This document shows positions 50,325 to 63,173 of a DNA stretch of 64,000 bases, in pieces. The stretch is from Oikopleura dioica (lineage: Eukaryota > Animalia > Chordata), in the NCBI GenBank assembly GCA_907165135.1, contig OU015567.1:8246001-8310000 (forward strand). The letters are read 5' to 3'. The position numbers and the translations under genes are program-made. A model generated the notes under the pieces. It did not search any database. It saw only the letters and a list, made by a program, of their open reading frames with translations, and was not told where the DNA came from. Position 1 is the first letter of the stretch, and the number at the start of each line of letters is the position of its first letter.

Positions 50325-53300
50325 ATGCGGCTTAGAGAAACACTCCTTCTCGGAGTTGCCTCGGCAAACGAGTGGAGCTCCAAATGGAACCCATGGAACT
50401 GTCCCTCCTGTAAGTTAATTGACCGATTTTCCTTTCAAAAAGTTTGTAGCCTGCAAAGAACAACTCACCAACTTTGCGTACGAGTGCGACAACAACACCC
50501 CTTTGCTGGAGGACTATCTTAACGAGAGTTGCTCAGTCAATGATTACAACTCACCGACGACTGGCACTGGCGAAACTGGAACGTCTTGTTACATCTGCCC
50601 ATGCAAGAAGATGCCTTTCGTACAATGCTCTCGAGATCTCAACAATTTGATTGCAACAACCGAAGGCCAGCAATGCTTTGGAAGCGTCGGCGATGGAGTT
50701 TGCTCTTGTACCAAAAGCATTGAGAATGAATCCGACACTGAGGCTAAGTGCATCTCTGGTGTGAGCTGTTTCTATGACGTGCTTAAAATGGACAACCGGG
50801 CCGGATATTCGTGCAATGCAATTACTTCCGACTTTGATCTCGTCCAAAGCAAAGTCAACTTTGCCACTGACTGCAGTCAGAATCTCATTGGTCACATCGA
50901 GGGCTACGATGGAGATCCAAACTACTATCGACCAACTGCCAACGATCCGTTCCCTGAGCGCAACGCTGCTACCATTGCTGGTGCCGGTCGCCATTTGACT
51001 CATCACGTTGACTACCATCGAGAGATTTTCAGCAGACGCAACACAGAAGACGAGCTCAACGATCTGCCAGGACCTGTCGACGCGCAAGAGTTTTGGTACG
51101 GAATCGTTCGATCTTCGGGCGTCACTGATGATATCCTTCACACCACCGATAACACCCTGCAAAATCTCCGTGGTAAGGTTTCCAGTGCATATGCTTCCCT
51201 TCAGCGCTTGCGAAAGATCAGAGAAGAAAAGTGCCCGGATCGAGTATGCCAATGCGAACCAGGCTACAACTGGGATCCGGTAAACAAAGAATGTGTCAAC
51301 TGTGGATATGGATTTGAATGGAACCCCGAGACCAATGAATGTGTCAAATGCGAAGAGGGATATGATCAAACAAATGGCGTCTGTTACTATTGCGAAGATT
51401 ACTACGAATGGGTTGGAATTTGTCGAAAATGCTTAGAAGACTGGGATCCCGAAACTAGAAAATGTGTCTACTGCGAAGACGGACACGAATGGGATCCTGA
51501 TCTGAAGGAGTGTGTTGAATGCCCCGAAGGTTGGAGTGAAATCACTCGTGATTGTGAGTTTTGCTACGGAAACAGCGACCTTGAGGACTTCTGGGACCCG
51601 GAATTGGGCGAGTGTGTTTATTGTCCACCTGGATCTGAACACAATTATGACAACTACGGTGAATGCGTTCGATGTGAAGAGGGATACGACCAACTTTCAA
51701 AAAGATGCTACCTTTGCCCTCTTGGATACTTCTGGAATGGCATCATTTGTGTGAAATGCCCAGAAGGATATGACGAGGACGGCTGTGTGTATTGCGAGGA
51801 CGGTTCTGTTTGGGATCAGCAAGTTGAAGAATGCTACGAGTGTCCAGAATATTGGGACCCTCTTTACAACGAGTGCAAAGATTGTAAGGATATTTACGGC
51901 TCTGAGTCATACTGGGATCCAGTCGCTGAGTTGTGCGTCTACTGTCCTCTCAATCATGAACTAAATTATGAAACTGGCGAATGTGATCGTTGCGAGGAAG
52001 GCTGGAATAGCGAGACAAGACGATGTGTGTATTGCGATGATGGATACGAGTGGAATGGAATTGGATGTATCAAATGTCCTGAAGGCTGGGATCCGATCTC
52101 TCGAGACTGCGTCTACTGCGACCCCTATGAATACTGGGACCCCATTGATGGACACTGCAAGGCATGCCCAGAAGATTGGGATGAACTTTACGGTTGTGTT
52201 CCTTGCCCTGATAACTCACTCTGGAATCCGGAAACTCTCGAATGCGAAGTGATCAACACTGATTGCGGAGAAGGATACGAGTGGAATGGCGTTGAGTGCG
52301 TCCCATGTCCTGAAGATTGGAATGAAATTGATGGATGTGTTCCGTGTCCAGAAGGATTCCCCTGGAATCCTATCACCCAAGAGTGTCAGTACGACAAGAT
52401 CACCAATAACATTGAGACACTCCTTGTCATTGGCGGGGAAGGCGATTCGAATCAATATGCTCAACGAACTGATGCGTTCATCTACTGCGCTAATGATACA
52501 AACGCAAATCACGTCGACTTCAACCGAGATGTCGTGACCAATGCCTACCGATCGGATCTTATTGCCAATTCAGCGTCTCTTCGAGTTGACTACCGATCTG
52601 AGCTTCAACGATTGGTCTTTGGCGGTCGATTCCAGCCGACTCAAGTAAGATCCATTTTCCCAAAAGGTCGACATGGTGACTCTCGTGGCCTCCGAATGGA
52701 ACCGCTAAATATTGCTCTTGGAGAAGACTTCCATGAAGGATGGCTGATTCCATCATCTACGAGCCCCGATTATAACGGAAATTTGCAGAGCGAGTTCGGT
52801 AAAATTCAACATGATGGTGTCACTTGTGCCGATTATACAGTCTGCGCCAGGCGCAACTTCCTCATTGGTGGTGAGATTACCGGCAACACCAAGAGTCATT
52901 CTATCTTGGAATGGAATGAGACTGGATTCCTTCAAGGTAAAATATGATGAGTGCGGATAAATTCGATTGAATCTTAAATTTTTTAGGCCAAAAGAACCTC
53001 GTAATCGGTCGTGCTAACACTGCAACTGTCTCCGGAATGAACCATCTATGCAATGGAGTCTTCATCATTGCTGGCGAAGGAAATACCCAGGCTGGCGGTT
53101 CTGCGGAATTCGGGTCAGTTACTGCTACAGAGTGTTTTGATGGAACAAGCTCGAAGATAATTCCAGAGATGGACATAAGCAACATCTTCTCGGGTCTTTA
53201 TCAGCACTCAGCTGTTATTGTTCAAAAGGACGGCCAGACTGGTGATGATATCTACGTCCTTGGAGGTAGAAATATATTTTAAAACACAAACCTAAATCAA

Positions 53301-53676
53301 TCAAAATTTAGGGATCGCTTCTTCGCGAAACGGAGGTAGTTCGTCAAATACTGATAGAATTATCCGATTCCGACACTTGGAAAACCAGTGGATCAACGCT
53401 GGTCAGATGCTGAGAAAGGTCGCTGGTCACAAATCTTTCGTCACTTATCCTAAGTCAAACGGCATCGACAACTTCGGTGATTTCAATATCTTCACTGTTG
53501 GTGGCGAAGGTGGCAATGATATTCCGATGCAGCGATGCGACGAGTACGGATACTGCTACAAGGTCGAAACTGAAACCTACAACAATCGTCATGATCATAG
53601 TATTTTGGTTTTCCGAGCAAATGAGTTCAACCTGAACGATCTCCCATTTTACGAAGAACACTGTCCCGATCTGTGA
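50325..53676 (+). CDS. Secreted Cys-rich protein, copy 2: shared N-terminal domain, about 25 Cys/Trp repeats, Kelch-like C-terminal region
   Basis: Signal peptide MRLRETLLLGVASA, ORF 50419-52947, and blade-like motifs LLVIGG, LVFGG, FLIGG, FIIAG, IYVLGG and IFTVGG over three exons. Confidence 0.8.
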
Positions 53677-54000
53677 TTTCTCTACTATAAATTCATTGTT
53701 TGAACAATAAATATCAGTTAGGAAAACATCTTAAAATTCTGACCCCTACGCTGTAAAACGAAGCTACTAAACAATGCTTTGAAAAACAACCAAACTAAAC
53801 CTGGAAAGCGGTACAGCTGCAAGAATCCTAGTCCTCGAATGTGATATCCAGCTGAGAACCACTGCGCTCTACCACCATCTATCCGCTCTTATCTTGTATA
53901 AAAGCACCACTTGTTCTCAATTGATAAACAAATTAAAAACAGTTATTCGAACAAAGTGAAGACAACTAGAACGATTTGGACTCAGACAGGATGCTCTAAC

Positions 54001-54326
54001 ATGAACTTTGGCTTGGAAGAAAACATGACTCACACCGACTCTGATGATGGGTACGAGATTGACTACGATGCGATCCGAGAACACATTCGCAAGTACCACG
54101 GACCAAAGAAGGGATACGTAAAGAAAAAAGGGTCTCTCAAGCCCTCCAGGCCATTGACTGACGAGGAAAGAGACGCCTTGTTCGGCAAACCAAAGACGTG
54201 AATACCAAGGAAAAATCAAACGCAAAGGTCTCAAAAAGCTTGAAGGAAAACGGCCAAAAGAAGAAGAAAAACAGCGGCAAAGCACCAAACGCCATCCGAA
54301 AAACGAAGAAGCCGTCTCGACTGTAA
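54001..54326 (+). CDS. Small Lys-rich protein of unknown function; stops at 54201 unless one base is missing
   Basis: MTHTDSDDGYEIDYDAIREHIRKYHGPKKG...; adding one A at 54192-54194 extends the frame through a Lys-rich tail to TAA at 54324-54326. Confidence 0.45.
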
Positions 54327-54512
54327 TCATTATCTGCTCTGTACCACAGTATTATCTGCCTTCTAAGACTTCCGTGATAATCTTGAATGATAAAGTTTCA
54401 ATTTGAATAAAATTTAATGCTTTCCTTGGATTTTAGCGCTCAGATTTATTGCAAATAATAAGAAAAATAAATAATATTAAAGTGCACTCAGTTCTGAAAA
54501 AAAATTATAAAT

Positions 54513-57358
54513 CTATTCTTCGTTCATTTCAAAATCCTCCTCAATAATTCCATCGTCATTTACTTCCGCTGAACTTGAGAGCAAGAAATGCGAGTCTTCT
54601 TGCCGACTATTTGAAATAATTGGCGCTTTTACTTCGTAGCTCAACTCGCGCTCGGGAGATTTCAGCCGTCGCTTTTTTCTTTGTTTCTCTTCCTTCACGA
54701 TCTCCACCAAATTCTCAACCTCTTCAAAGAGGTCAGAAGAATGACGAATTCTAGTAACTTACCTTGTCTTTTCTTCTTATGATTTTGGCGCAAATGATAT
54801 CTAAGAGCACTTTCTGTCGGTCGAATATCTCGGCAAATTGGGCATCGCCAATCTTCAGGCCAATCTTTAGGTTTAACGTCATTTTTCACCCCAGAGACTT
54901 CAGTTTTTGGCGGCTATTAATTGTATAATTACAAATAGAGGATTCAAGTCTTACTGGAGTGGATACTTTTACTTGCTTGTTATCATCAACTCTAAGATCT
55001 TGCCAGTCCTGATCGTCTTCATAAACTATCATGTGATTTTCCATCACGTGTTGCTAAACGATTTTTTTTAGATATAATTCTAAAGAAGAATGAACGTACC
55101 TTCATAGAAACTCTTGAGGACAAAATCAAATGGCAGTGAGAGCATTTTTTATTTGAAACTTCTTGAAAGCTACCGGGTAAAACTTTCACCCGAACGATTG
55201 ACCCTGTCCGCAATTGAATAAGTTCCGTTCTTTCCTGGTTCGTTTTCTTTTTTGGCGTTTCTTGGGGAATTTCTGGCTCTTCATCATCTTCATCGAGAGG
55301 AAGCTCCTGAATTTCATCGTCGTCGATTTGTAATTCTGGCTCGTCAGGTTCACTTTCGATCGTGGTGTTTTGTTCTTCAACAGAATCGACTTGTTTACTT
55401 TCGCTGATCTTTGGTATTTCTATACTTTCTTGAGAGCTACTGTTGCTCTCTTGTGACGGTTTTGCTTTCTTCTCCGAAGCCTCGGTAATTAGCGAGTCGA
55501 TAGCCTTTCTTCGAAGCTCCGAAGGTGGACGAATCATACGAACGGTTTCTTCGTGCTCGATCCCATGGCCTTCTCGCAAATGTCTCCTGGCATTGTACCA
55601 GTGCTGAGACGGTCAAGTTAGAATCCTTGAAATCAAGGAAGACATTTTTTACCTTGAAACTCCGCTCGCAAAGTGGACAAGGAGTTCTATCATTCTTCAC
55701 GCTTTCAGTTTTCTGCCCCGACTTTGGATTTCGAATTTTGAGAAGAGCAGCTTCTACTTCTGATGTTTTCATGTGGTGGCCATAAAAGAGATGGTTGCGC
55801 AAATTTGACTTGTGCCAATCTTTGTGGCAGATTGGACAGGCAATGGCGTCTGGGTCTTTTGGATTATTGCCACCCGACTTAACTTTATTTTCATTTCAAG
55901 AATAGGGAGAGCGCTTACGTTTTCTTCGGTGGAATTGATTTCCGGAAAGCACTCAGCCAAAATCACGTCCGCTTCAGCGTCTTCTTTCCCATGCTGTTTC
56001 AGCAAGTGCTTTCGCGCCATCCAGCGGTCAAACAAGACGAGTTTACACAATGGACAGTGTGCTTTTCGCTTCAAAATTTAAAGTTGGCTTAATCTTTCCC
56101 TTCAAAAAATATTGACTCTTACCTTGCTCGAGCTTGAGTTCGAGCTGCTGGGAGCTGAAATCTTGTCAAGAGTGGAAGGCGTAACAAGAGTAGGCAGAGA
56201 GTTGCACCCCAAGGGAGCTTCTTTAGCGACGATCGAGCAAGCATCGACGTAGGAAAAACGATGATCGTCGACGAGGTGACGTCGGAGGGAATCGGAGTCG
56301 AGCGCTAGTAGATAACTTTTAACACACCGGCTATCGAAAAAGAGAATCTTACTCGAGATCCCACAAGATGGACATTCTCTTTCTCCTTTTTCCCCAAGCC
56401 CGGTATTCTGACTGAATCGATTCGCCGTATCATCCATAAAGCTACCCATTCCAACAGCTCCATTCTGTGCCCTCTTCTTCGATATCGGCGTCATTCCGTG
56501 CATTTCCCTTACATGTCTTCTGCAATTCTTAAAAATGAAAGTTTCATAAGCATTCATCATTTTCAATGAATTATTTACGCGATGGTTATAATCGATTTCT
56601 ATCTCACGTTTTTTGTAGCGAAGGATTTGCCGCAAACGGGGCAGATGGGCCCCGTAATGATGATTTCTTCCCCTTCGATTCCGGCAAGTCCTCGTTGATC
56701 CAGGGAGCTCTCGTTTTTAGCCCGGATGTCCATGAATGGAGGCGGAATCGGAGCCTTTTTTGGATTGATAAAATGGCTTTCATTATATAAGTTAGAAAAT
56801 CATCAGCCTCAATTCTCATATGTAATCCAATGCCTGAGTATTCATAAACGAACTCTCAATACTCGCCATGGACGGAATCGGTTCCACATCTTCCAACGGC
56901 TCGTCTATCGGCTCCTCAAGAATGTCTGGCTCGTCATGTATCGTCTCATGTCGAAAACCGTTTCCATTTGAAGAGTTTTCTTTCCAAGAGAGAATCTTCA
57001 GTAAACGGGGGTTTTCTTCAGGCTTGACTTGCTGTTCCAAATCGGGGTTGATTTCCAACTGGCATTTTTTCGTCTCTGAGATAGGGCTCAAGAGTAAAAG
57101 GAAAAAGAAAAGAACTCTAGAATCTAAAACAGGTAGATGAAGAGAGACCTCTTTGAAGGTTTCTATTTCTTCAAATCTTCTATCGCTCGTTTCTATAATT
57201 ACGTAAAAATGGCCCATTCCTTTATGTTTCACAAAATCGGGAAGCGACCGGTACAGCTCCCGACACGAGCGGCATTCGAAAATCAAGTCGCAATATTGAA
57301 GCAGCAGCGCTTTGAGATCGTTTGTTCCATGAATGAAACAATGGATCACCTCTTCCAT
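54513..57358 (-). CDS. ZNF800-like multi-C2H2 zinc-finger protein
   Basis: N-terminal IHCFIHGTNDLKALLLQYCDLIFECRSCRELYRSLPDFVKHK resembles ZNF800 [35 protein letters not shown]. Further fingers CPSC..H..H, CPLCKL..HLLKQH, CPLCERSF, CSHCHL and CPICRD..HLRQNH. The true start is uncertain. Confidence 0.7.
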
Positions 57359-59454
57359 GTCTCTCTTTTACGAAAAAAAATAATCTTCGAAGAACTCTTT
57401 TTCTTTCCGCAAGATCGTAATTCTCTCTCTGGCGCGTGTTTTTTCTTCTCTTGGATGAGCTCGTGCTCTTTCGGGAGCTCTGTTTAGAGAGTGGAGGAAA
57501 GCGCCTCGCCCCCGCTCTCAAACACGTGAAGGTAGTCAGATCTAAGAGCGGTGCGTGAGCCTCGCACGATTTCGTCGCACGAGAGAGAAAGATGCTCACA
57601 CGCTCGCTCATTGAGCCATTTCTCCCAGAGAGCCTCTCGCTCCTGTTTGTATAGTAACGACCTGCCCAGGAAGACGCTCTCGGTCTAGTAAATGAGCCCG
57701 CCTCACAATCGAGCTCGTCCCGACACGCATCGATCTTAGACCAGCCCTTCTATTTACCAAAAAATGAAGCGCAGTGAAGACAAAGCAGTTCCTAAGGCCC
57801 TACCATCGATTTAAAAAAATGAAAATTTCGACTTTTTCTTTTGATTTTCTTAAAATTTGAAATGATATCTCGAGTTCTTTTCCTTTGAAATGTGAAAATG
57901 ATCTTCTTGTTCTTTTTTTGTTTGTTCTTATTTTTTTGGAAAATGGAATTGAATACAACAAGTAATCTTGAATGGAAGGCTCTTATTAGGGGCGAAGGAT
58001 TACGCGGAGGCGGGAGCAGGCCGAGTCTTGGTGGGGGAGGAGGAGCAGCACGGGCTCGCGAGCGCAGGCGAAAGAGCAAGAGCACGACGTGATACCAAGC
58101 ACGCTCTCAAAACTGCATCGCTCTAGGGATTCCCCACACACTCAGGACAGAAGCAGTTCCGCTTATTACATCAGAGATGAAATAAATAATAATCTCTTAT
58201 CATTATTACTTATACGGCGTATAATATACGCATTTGGCACCGAAGATGTGAAAAAAAAAAAGAAAAAAGATACGTCGGCAATTTTCGGAGTTATTTTCTT
58301 TGAAAGAACAAGTACATGAAAGAACAAGTATATGACTACTGACGCAGTTCTTATCCTTTGACGGCATTCATTGAACCAAGTCAGTTCTTCAAAAAATAAA
58401 TTTTATGCCAATAAATTTTCGATAAGATAATTGTCTGAAAAATATTGACAGGTAGGCGTGGAGTCCCTACCTTTCCATATAAACTGCCAATTCAACTTGC
58501 TCCGTATCCAAAGAGAGCGTCCTCTATTCAAAATCGAGCTTCTCCACCACCGTTCTGTCTCACTAACGAATTGAAGGCATTGATATCGTCATTTGAAAAA
58601 AGTTAAATAATAAATATTAATTTGGTTGATAATACAGTAGCTTGGATCCTCGATTTAACAACGTCCTCCATCATTATTTTACCATAAATAGCGTCGTGAT
58701 CTCTAGGACGGCAGTCATTTGTGAACTCTAAGATGTACTTGTTCTTCTCTATTTGAAATCCATTGCTTCCTACAAAACGTTCTTTGCATAATATCATACT
58801 ATCAGAGGCATCATAAACCCCGAATGCTTGCACCTTCATAAACATGTGTTTCATGAGCAAGTTGCAGTCAAGTAAATTGATTTATTTGTCAATTTTTTGG
58901 TGATTTCTTTTTCAGTGGATTTAGTTCTTTTATTTTTTATTTACAGAAAATATCAGCTTGGGGTTTGTTAAATAAGTTAAAGATCTGGTTTTCGTTGTTT
59001 CAGTAAAGTGTTTGAGCAGAATGAATGTTTGCTGTTAAAGGATAAGAGCGAGGATTGAAATTGAATAGAAAAGTGCGATTTTTTTGGGGTGGGGTTGAAA
59101 GTTTGGATCAGTGGGTTTGAAAGCGTAGAAAACTCGAACAGAATTAGGTATTGATTTCACAATGAAAAAACATAGGTATGGATATGTTTAGGAAAGAATG
59201 GCTTTGTAAACGAAAAAGTTGTGGGAAAAGGCAAAACGATGCTAAGTTGGTGGGAGCTTCAGTGGAGCAAAGAAAGTCGAAGAACGAAAGGTAAAACGTA
59301 GGAAAGAAAGAAATGTGTCTCGTTTTCAAATTTGAAATCATTTGAAAGCAGCGGCTCTTTTTAAAGCTTCTCGATAAATAGAACGGGTCGGCGAGTTTCG
59401 ACCTAATTTTAGTTTTTTTTTAGTCATGAAAAGTTTAGAGTGTTAGAAAATTAC

Positions 59455-61270
59455 CTCTTTGTCTCCCCTTCCTTCGTTGCTTCTGGAAGAGTCGTCTCGC
59501 GTCGGTCTGGCCATTCGCAATCCACCGATTGGATTGTTAGGCCTAGTTGGAGCAGCGGCAGGACCTTCAGCGGGGATGAAGCGGCGGAAATGATCGTCAG
59601 GCCCGCCGCCTGAAACTTGGACGCGGCGGACAGAGTGGGAGAAAGAAGAGCGGCGGGAATAGCGACGGGATGGTTTTCTCTCGAACTAGACGAGGATCAA
59701 TATGAGTTCGAGCTTGAGGAGACTTACAGGAACAGATCTACGCTCACTGGCATTTCGACGGAGCTGAACTTCAGTTCTGAAGCTTGGGCGGAATCTCGAA
59801 CCAACGCGTATGAAGGTCTTTTTCTGATCAGCAGCATTAACCGGGTTGTTCAGACGGAAGAACGTATGATGTTCGACTGCGCACTTCCACAAGTGTTTGC
59901 ACGCCTTCGAATTGTCTAAAAAACAAAAGTCATTTAGATCCATACTTGAATTTGAGTTACCGAGTAGGAAGACGAATTTATGCTTCGTTGGCTCGCTATC
60001 TCCATTATCGCCGTCAGTTACTTCCAGCACTAGTTTTCGTTCCTTGAAGTCGAGCTTCAAAATATTCGGCCAAAAGAACAAGCCCATTTTTTGATCACCC
60101 TCGAGGACGAGCACGCCTGATGGAGTTAAACCGAGTCGGTACTCGTTTCCGTCCGTTTTTGATTTGACACTGTGCATGTCTACACCGTAGTGTTCCAGAT
60201 ACATTGCTTCCTGAAATGAATGCTTAGGGAGTTTTGAAGGGGAGAGCTATTGGTACCTCTAGGTAGCGCTTCTCAGCATCCGCGGGGGTCATATTCTTGT
60301 CTAGGTTTTTGTAGGCTTCGAGAACTGCAACTTCGAACTCTTCATCTTGTTTTGGAATGAATCGGAATTCAGAAAGGAAGAATAAATTGTGGACGTCCGG
60401 GTCGAATCCGCCCAGTTCTGATTGCAGCGCCAGAGATGCCAGCTAAGAAAGAGGATAGAACGGGACTGGAAGAGGGTAACTTACAGTAACGGCCTTCTCC
60501 GGCGTGCAGGGAGCTTGTCACTAAGAATATCTTGCTTGAGCTGGAGGAAGAACTGATAACGAGTGAGCTCTTCGTTCAAGATATTCGGCTCCGAGGTGTA
60601 AAATTTTACGCGGAAATGAAAAGTTGGCGGTGTGATGGATATTTGCTTCTTGATTTTCTGAAAATTACGCTTTTAACTATCCTACTTCTTTTGACTCTAG
60701 TACCTTGGTCTTGTCAAGCCAGTGGGCAACTTGATGCTTGTCCATAAATTGGAGACCGAAGTAATCTTCTTCGATCAAATCGAGGGCGATGACGATTTTT
60801 CGGAAAAGATACTCGCCCTTTTCTTTTCTCGGAACATCTTAAAAACTGATAAAATCGCAAATAGAAGCTGTTCTACTTACCGACTAGAATTTCCGATCCA
60901 TCCAGGAGAATCACATGACAGGGGATGAAATCCCTGCATTTCGCCGGCGCTGGAATGTGCTTTTTCAAAGTTATCAAAAGTTCATACTTGTTGAGAACCA
61001 CTCTAAAGCTCCTCTTTCTATCTAGCATCATCTTCAAGCCCCATTTTTTAAACAAAATGGCTCTTCACGATTCAGGAGCAATCATTTGGAATTTGCTCGT
61101 TTGGGTGGGGCTCAGAGACAAAAGGAAATGCTGAATTAATTATCCTTTCAAATTTTTGTCAATTTCAATAACCATTCCTGACCAGTAGGAAGCGCCGGGC
61201 CGGTCTTGCGAACGTTCCGCTTTCGGTTGTCATTTTTTCGCCGAAAAGTTCGCCGCAAAAATCTCAACAT
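59455..61270 (-). CDS. EPB41L5: Band 4.1-like FERM protein (EPB41L5/yurt-like); 3' exons below 59455 not resolved
   Basis: [11 protein letters not shown] start, [73 protein letters not shown] and FIRVGSRFR. Needs one extra C at 60509-60511. Confidence 0.85.
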
Positions 61271-61703
61271 CTCGTCTTTTGGTCCCCTATTGAGTCTTGT
61301 CTTCGCTTCCGATCATACAGTTACTCTAAAAGAAGTGAGGAAAAATGAGATTTTTTTCTGTGAAGATCCATTTTTGAATATTGGAAAAAAAGAATGTGAA
61401 AACACGAAGACAGTGCGAGTTAAAATTACTGAAAACTTTGGCACCTTGAACTGAAAACAATATTGTTGTGTCTTGAAGAAAATGACAGAGAAGGGATGAA
61501 AGTACAATTTAGCAAAAAAAAAGTTGAAAAATGAAAGCTCCTAGTTCTGATTCTGACTCTTGAATTAAGGGTTGTTGAAAGCGAGTTAGGTAAAGATTTA
61601 GTTTCAGAGTTTTTTTTAAACATATAGCGCGCTTTTTTATAGATACCGGTTCTTAAAATTTGAATTTTCTGGTGGTTCAAATAAATAGTTAATGTTAAGG
61701 GTG

Positions 61704-63173
61704 TTACTGCTGGTATTCTTGGCTCGAACGATTTGATACTTGGTTGATGGCTCCCGTGATCGCAGAGCGGACTGAGCTTTGCCGGCAAACTTGGCTGCTA
61801 AACAAAAAAAAGGGTTGAGAGCGGAAGGACGGATAGATCAAACCTGATGAGAGTCGAGTTTTCGATATCAGAATCGGCTCGGAGGGAACGATGCGTGTGG
61901 CTGAAGCAATGGCGGAGAGTCAGACGCTGAAAATTTGATAATTACTATCTGCTTGTAATGATAAAAAAGCTATCTGCATGTTTTACGAGACGATATTTGT
62001 CAAAAACAATCAAAGGAATTCTCTTCCTTGATTTCCGAGTCTCTTTTTACTGTTTATTGAAAAGCTAACCTTGAAGTCTGGATAAAGCGTAAGAAAATAC
62101 GCGACAAAGGCGAGGCCAACAAGCCATTCGCAGGCAGCTAGAGTGAGATCGAGTGGGTAGGAGGGCGAGTCTTTGTCCCAATTGAAATCTGTTCGGTCGC
62201 CGTCCGTTCCGTTGACTGAAATTGAACAGTCAAAATTGGATTTTTATTGCAAATCATGGATGAAAAGGGACTACTACACATGTAACTGATCCTAGAGCTT
62301 CTAGTTTTCATTAGCTTCTTACATGCTCTTTCAATATGCGCCAATTTGCCAACTACAATTGCCGAAATATAGGTTCCCACTGATATGAAAGCAATAAAGA
62401 TTCGAATCCAAAAGATCCACATATCCACCACTTCTGGATGCATCAAGTACGTTATCCACGCTTGAAGGCCGCTTACTGCTGTTCCAGCGGTAAAGGTCAC
62501 CAAAGCGCCGGTAACATGCGCCAGGTAAACTCATTCGCGCATTGATTAAAGTCGTTCAAGGGATCAATGAGTCTATTAATATTTCCCGCGGAAGAGTTCA
62601 ATACGTTCCTTGCGGCCACGGGTCACGTGCTTCTTGGAAATTCGCAACGATGAGGAGACCAGCGGAGGATAAAATGCCGAGGACAACGCCGGCTGCGTTG
62701 AGCTTCCAGATTTTCGAGATTTCAGAGCAGCGGGACTGGAAGTGCTGCACCTAAAGAAACGGCTCGTCTAAAGGACCATGATTCAGATTTCTACACAGGT
62801 TGTCGAGCCCTGCTTCTCCAGAAGATACCGAAAGAGTCGCAAATGAATAATTTCGTTTCTACTACTGTAATGATCCAGATTGTGGTAAATTTACCTGTCT
62901 GAAGCGAAAGTACGAAAGAAAGGCAGACATGACAGCGGACATGTTCATAAATAAAGAAAAGAGTGAAGATTCGGGCCATTGCGCGCCGCACATCGAAATT
63001 AGGGGCAAAAGAGGATCAATATGGCCTGAAGAATAATTACTTTGCGGCTTCTGCTCCCACGGGTTAGCAAATTAACCTGTTAGGACTGCGACGATGTAGC
63101 AAAGCAGCCAGCCGACGAGGGTCCACAGGGCGAAGAAAATCGGCAGCCATGTCAAGTTCAAATCGAGATACAT
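61704..63173 (-). CDS. DRAM/TMEM150 (Frag1/DRAM/Sfk1 family) multi-pass membrane protein
   Basis: WLPIFFALWTLVG, KLNAAGVVLGILSSAGLLIVANFQ, HVTGALVTF and FWIRIFIAF match the DRAM2 layout. Confidence 0.85.

Noticed and set aside
50551-51369. 272-aa minus-strand ORF, and similar ORFs 48762-49199, 24731-25390, 28287-28694 and 5100-5477
   Set aside because: Each lies exactly opposite a well-supported gene and has no motifs of its own; these are antisense shadows of biased codon usage.
58301-58746. 16-bp tandem duplication (58301-58332) and a 14-bp inverted copy at 58733-58746
   Set aside because: Short, A-rich and without a target-site duplication; compatible with slippage plus chance.
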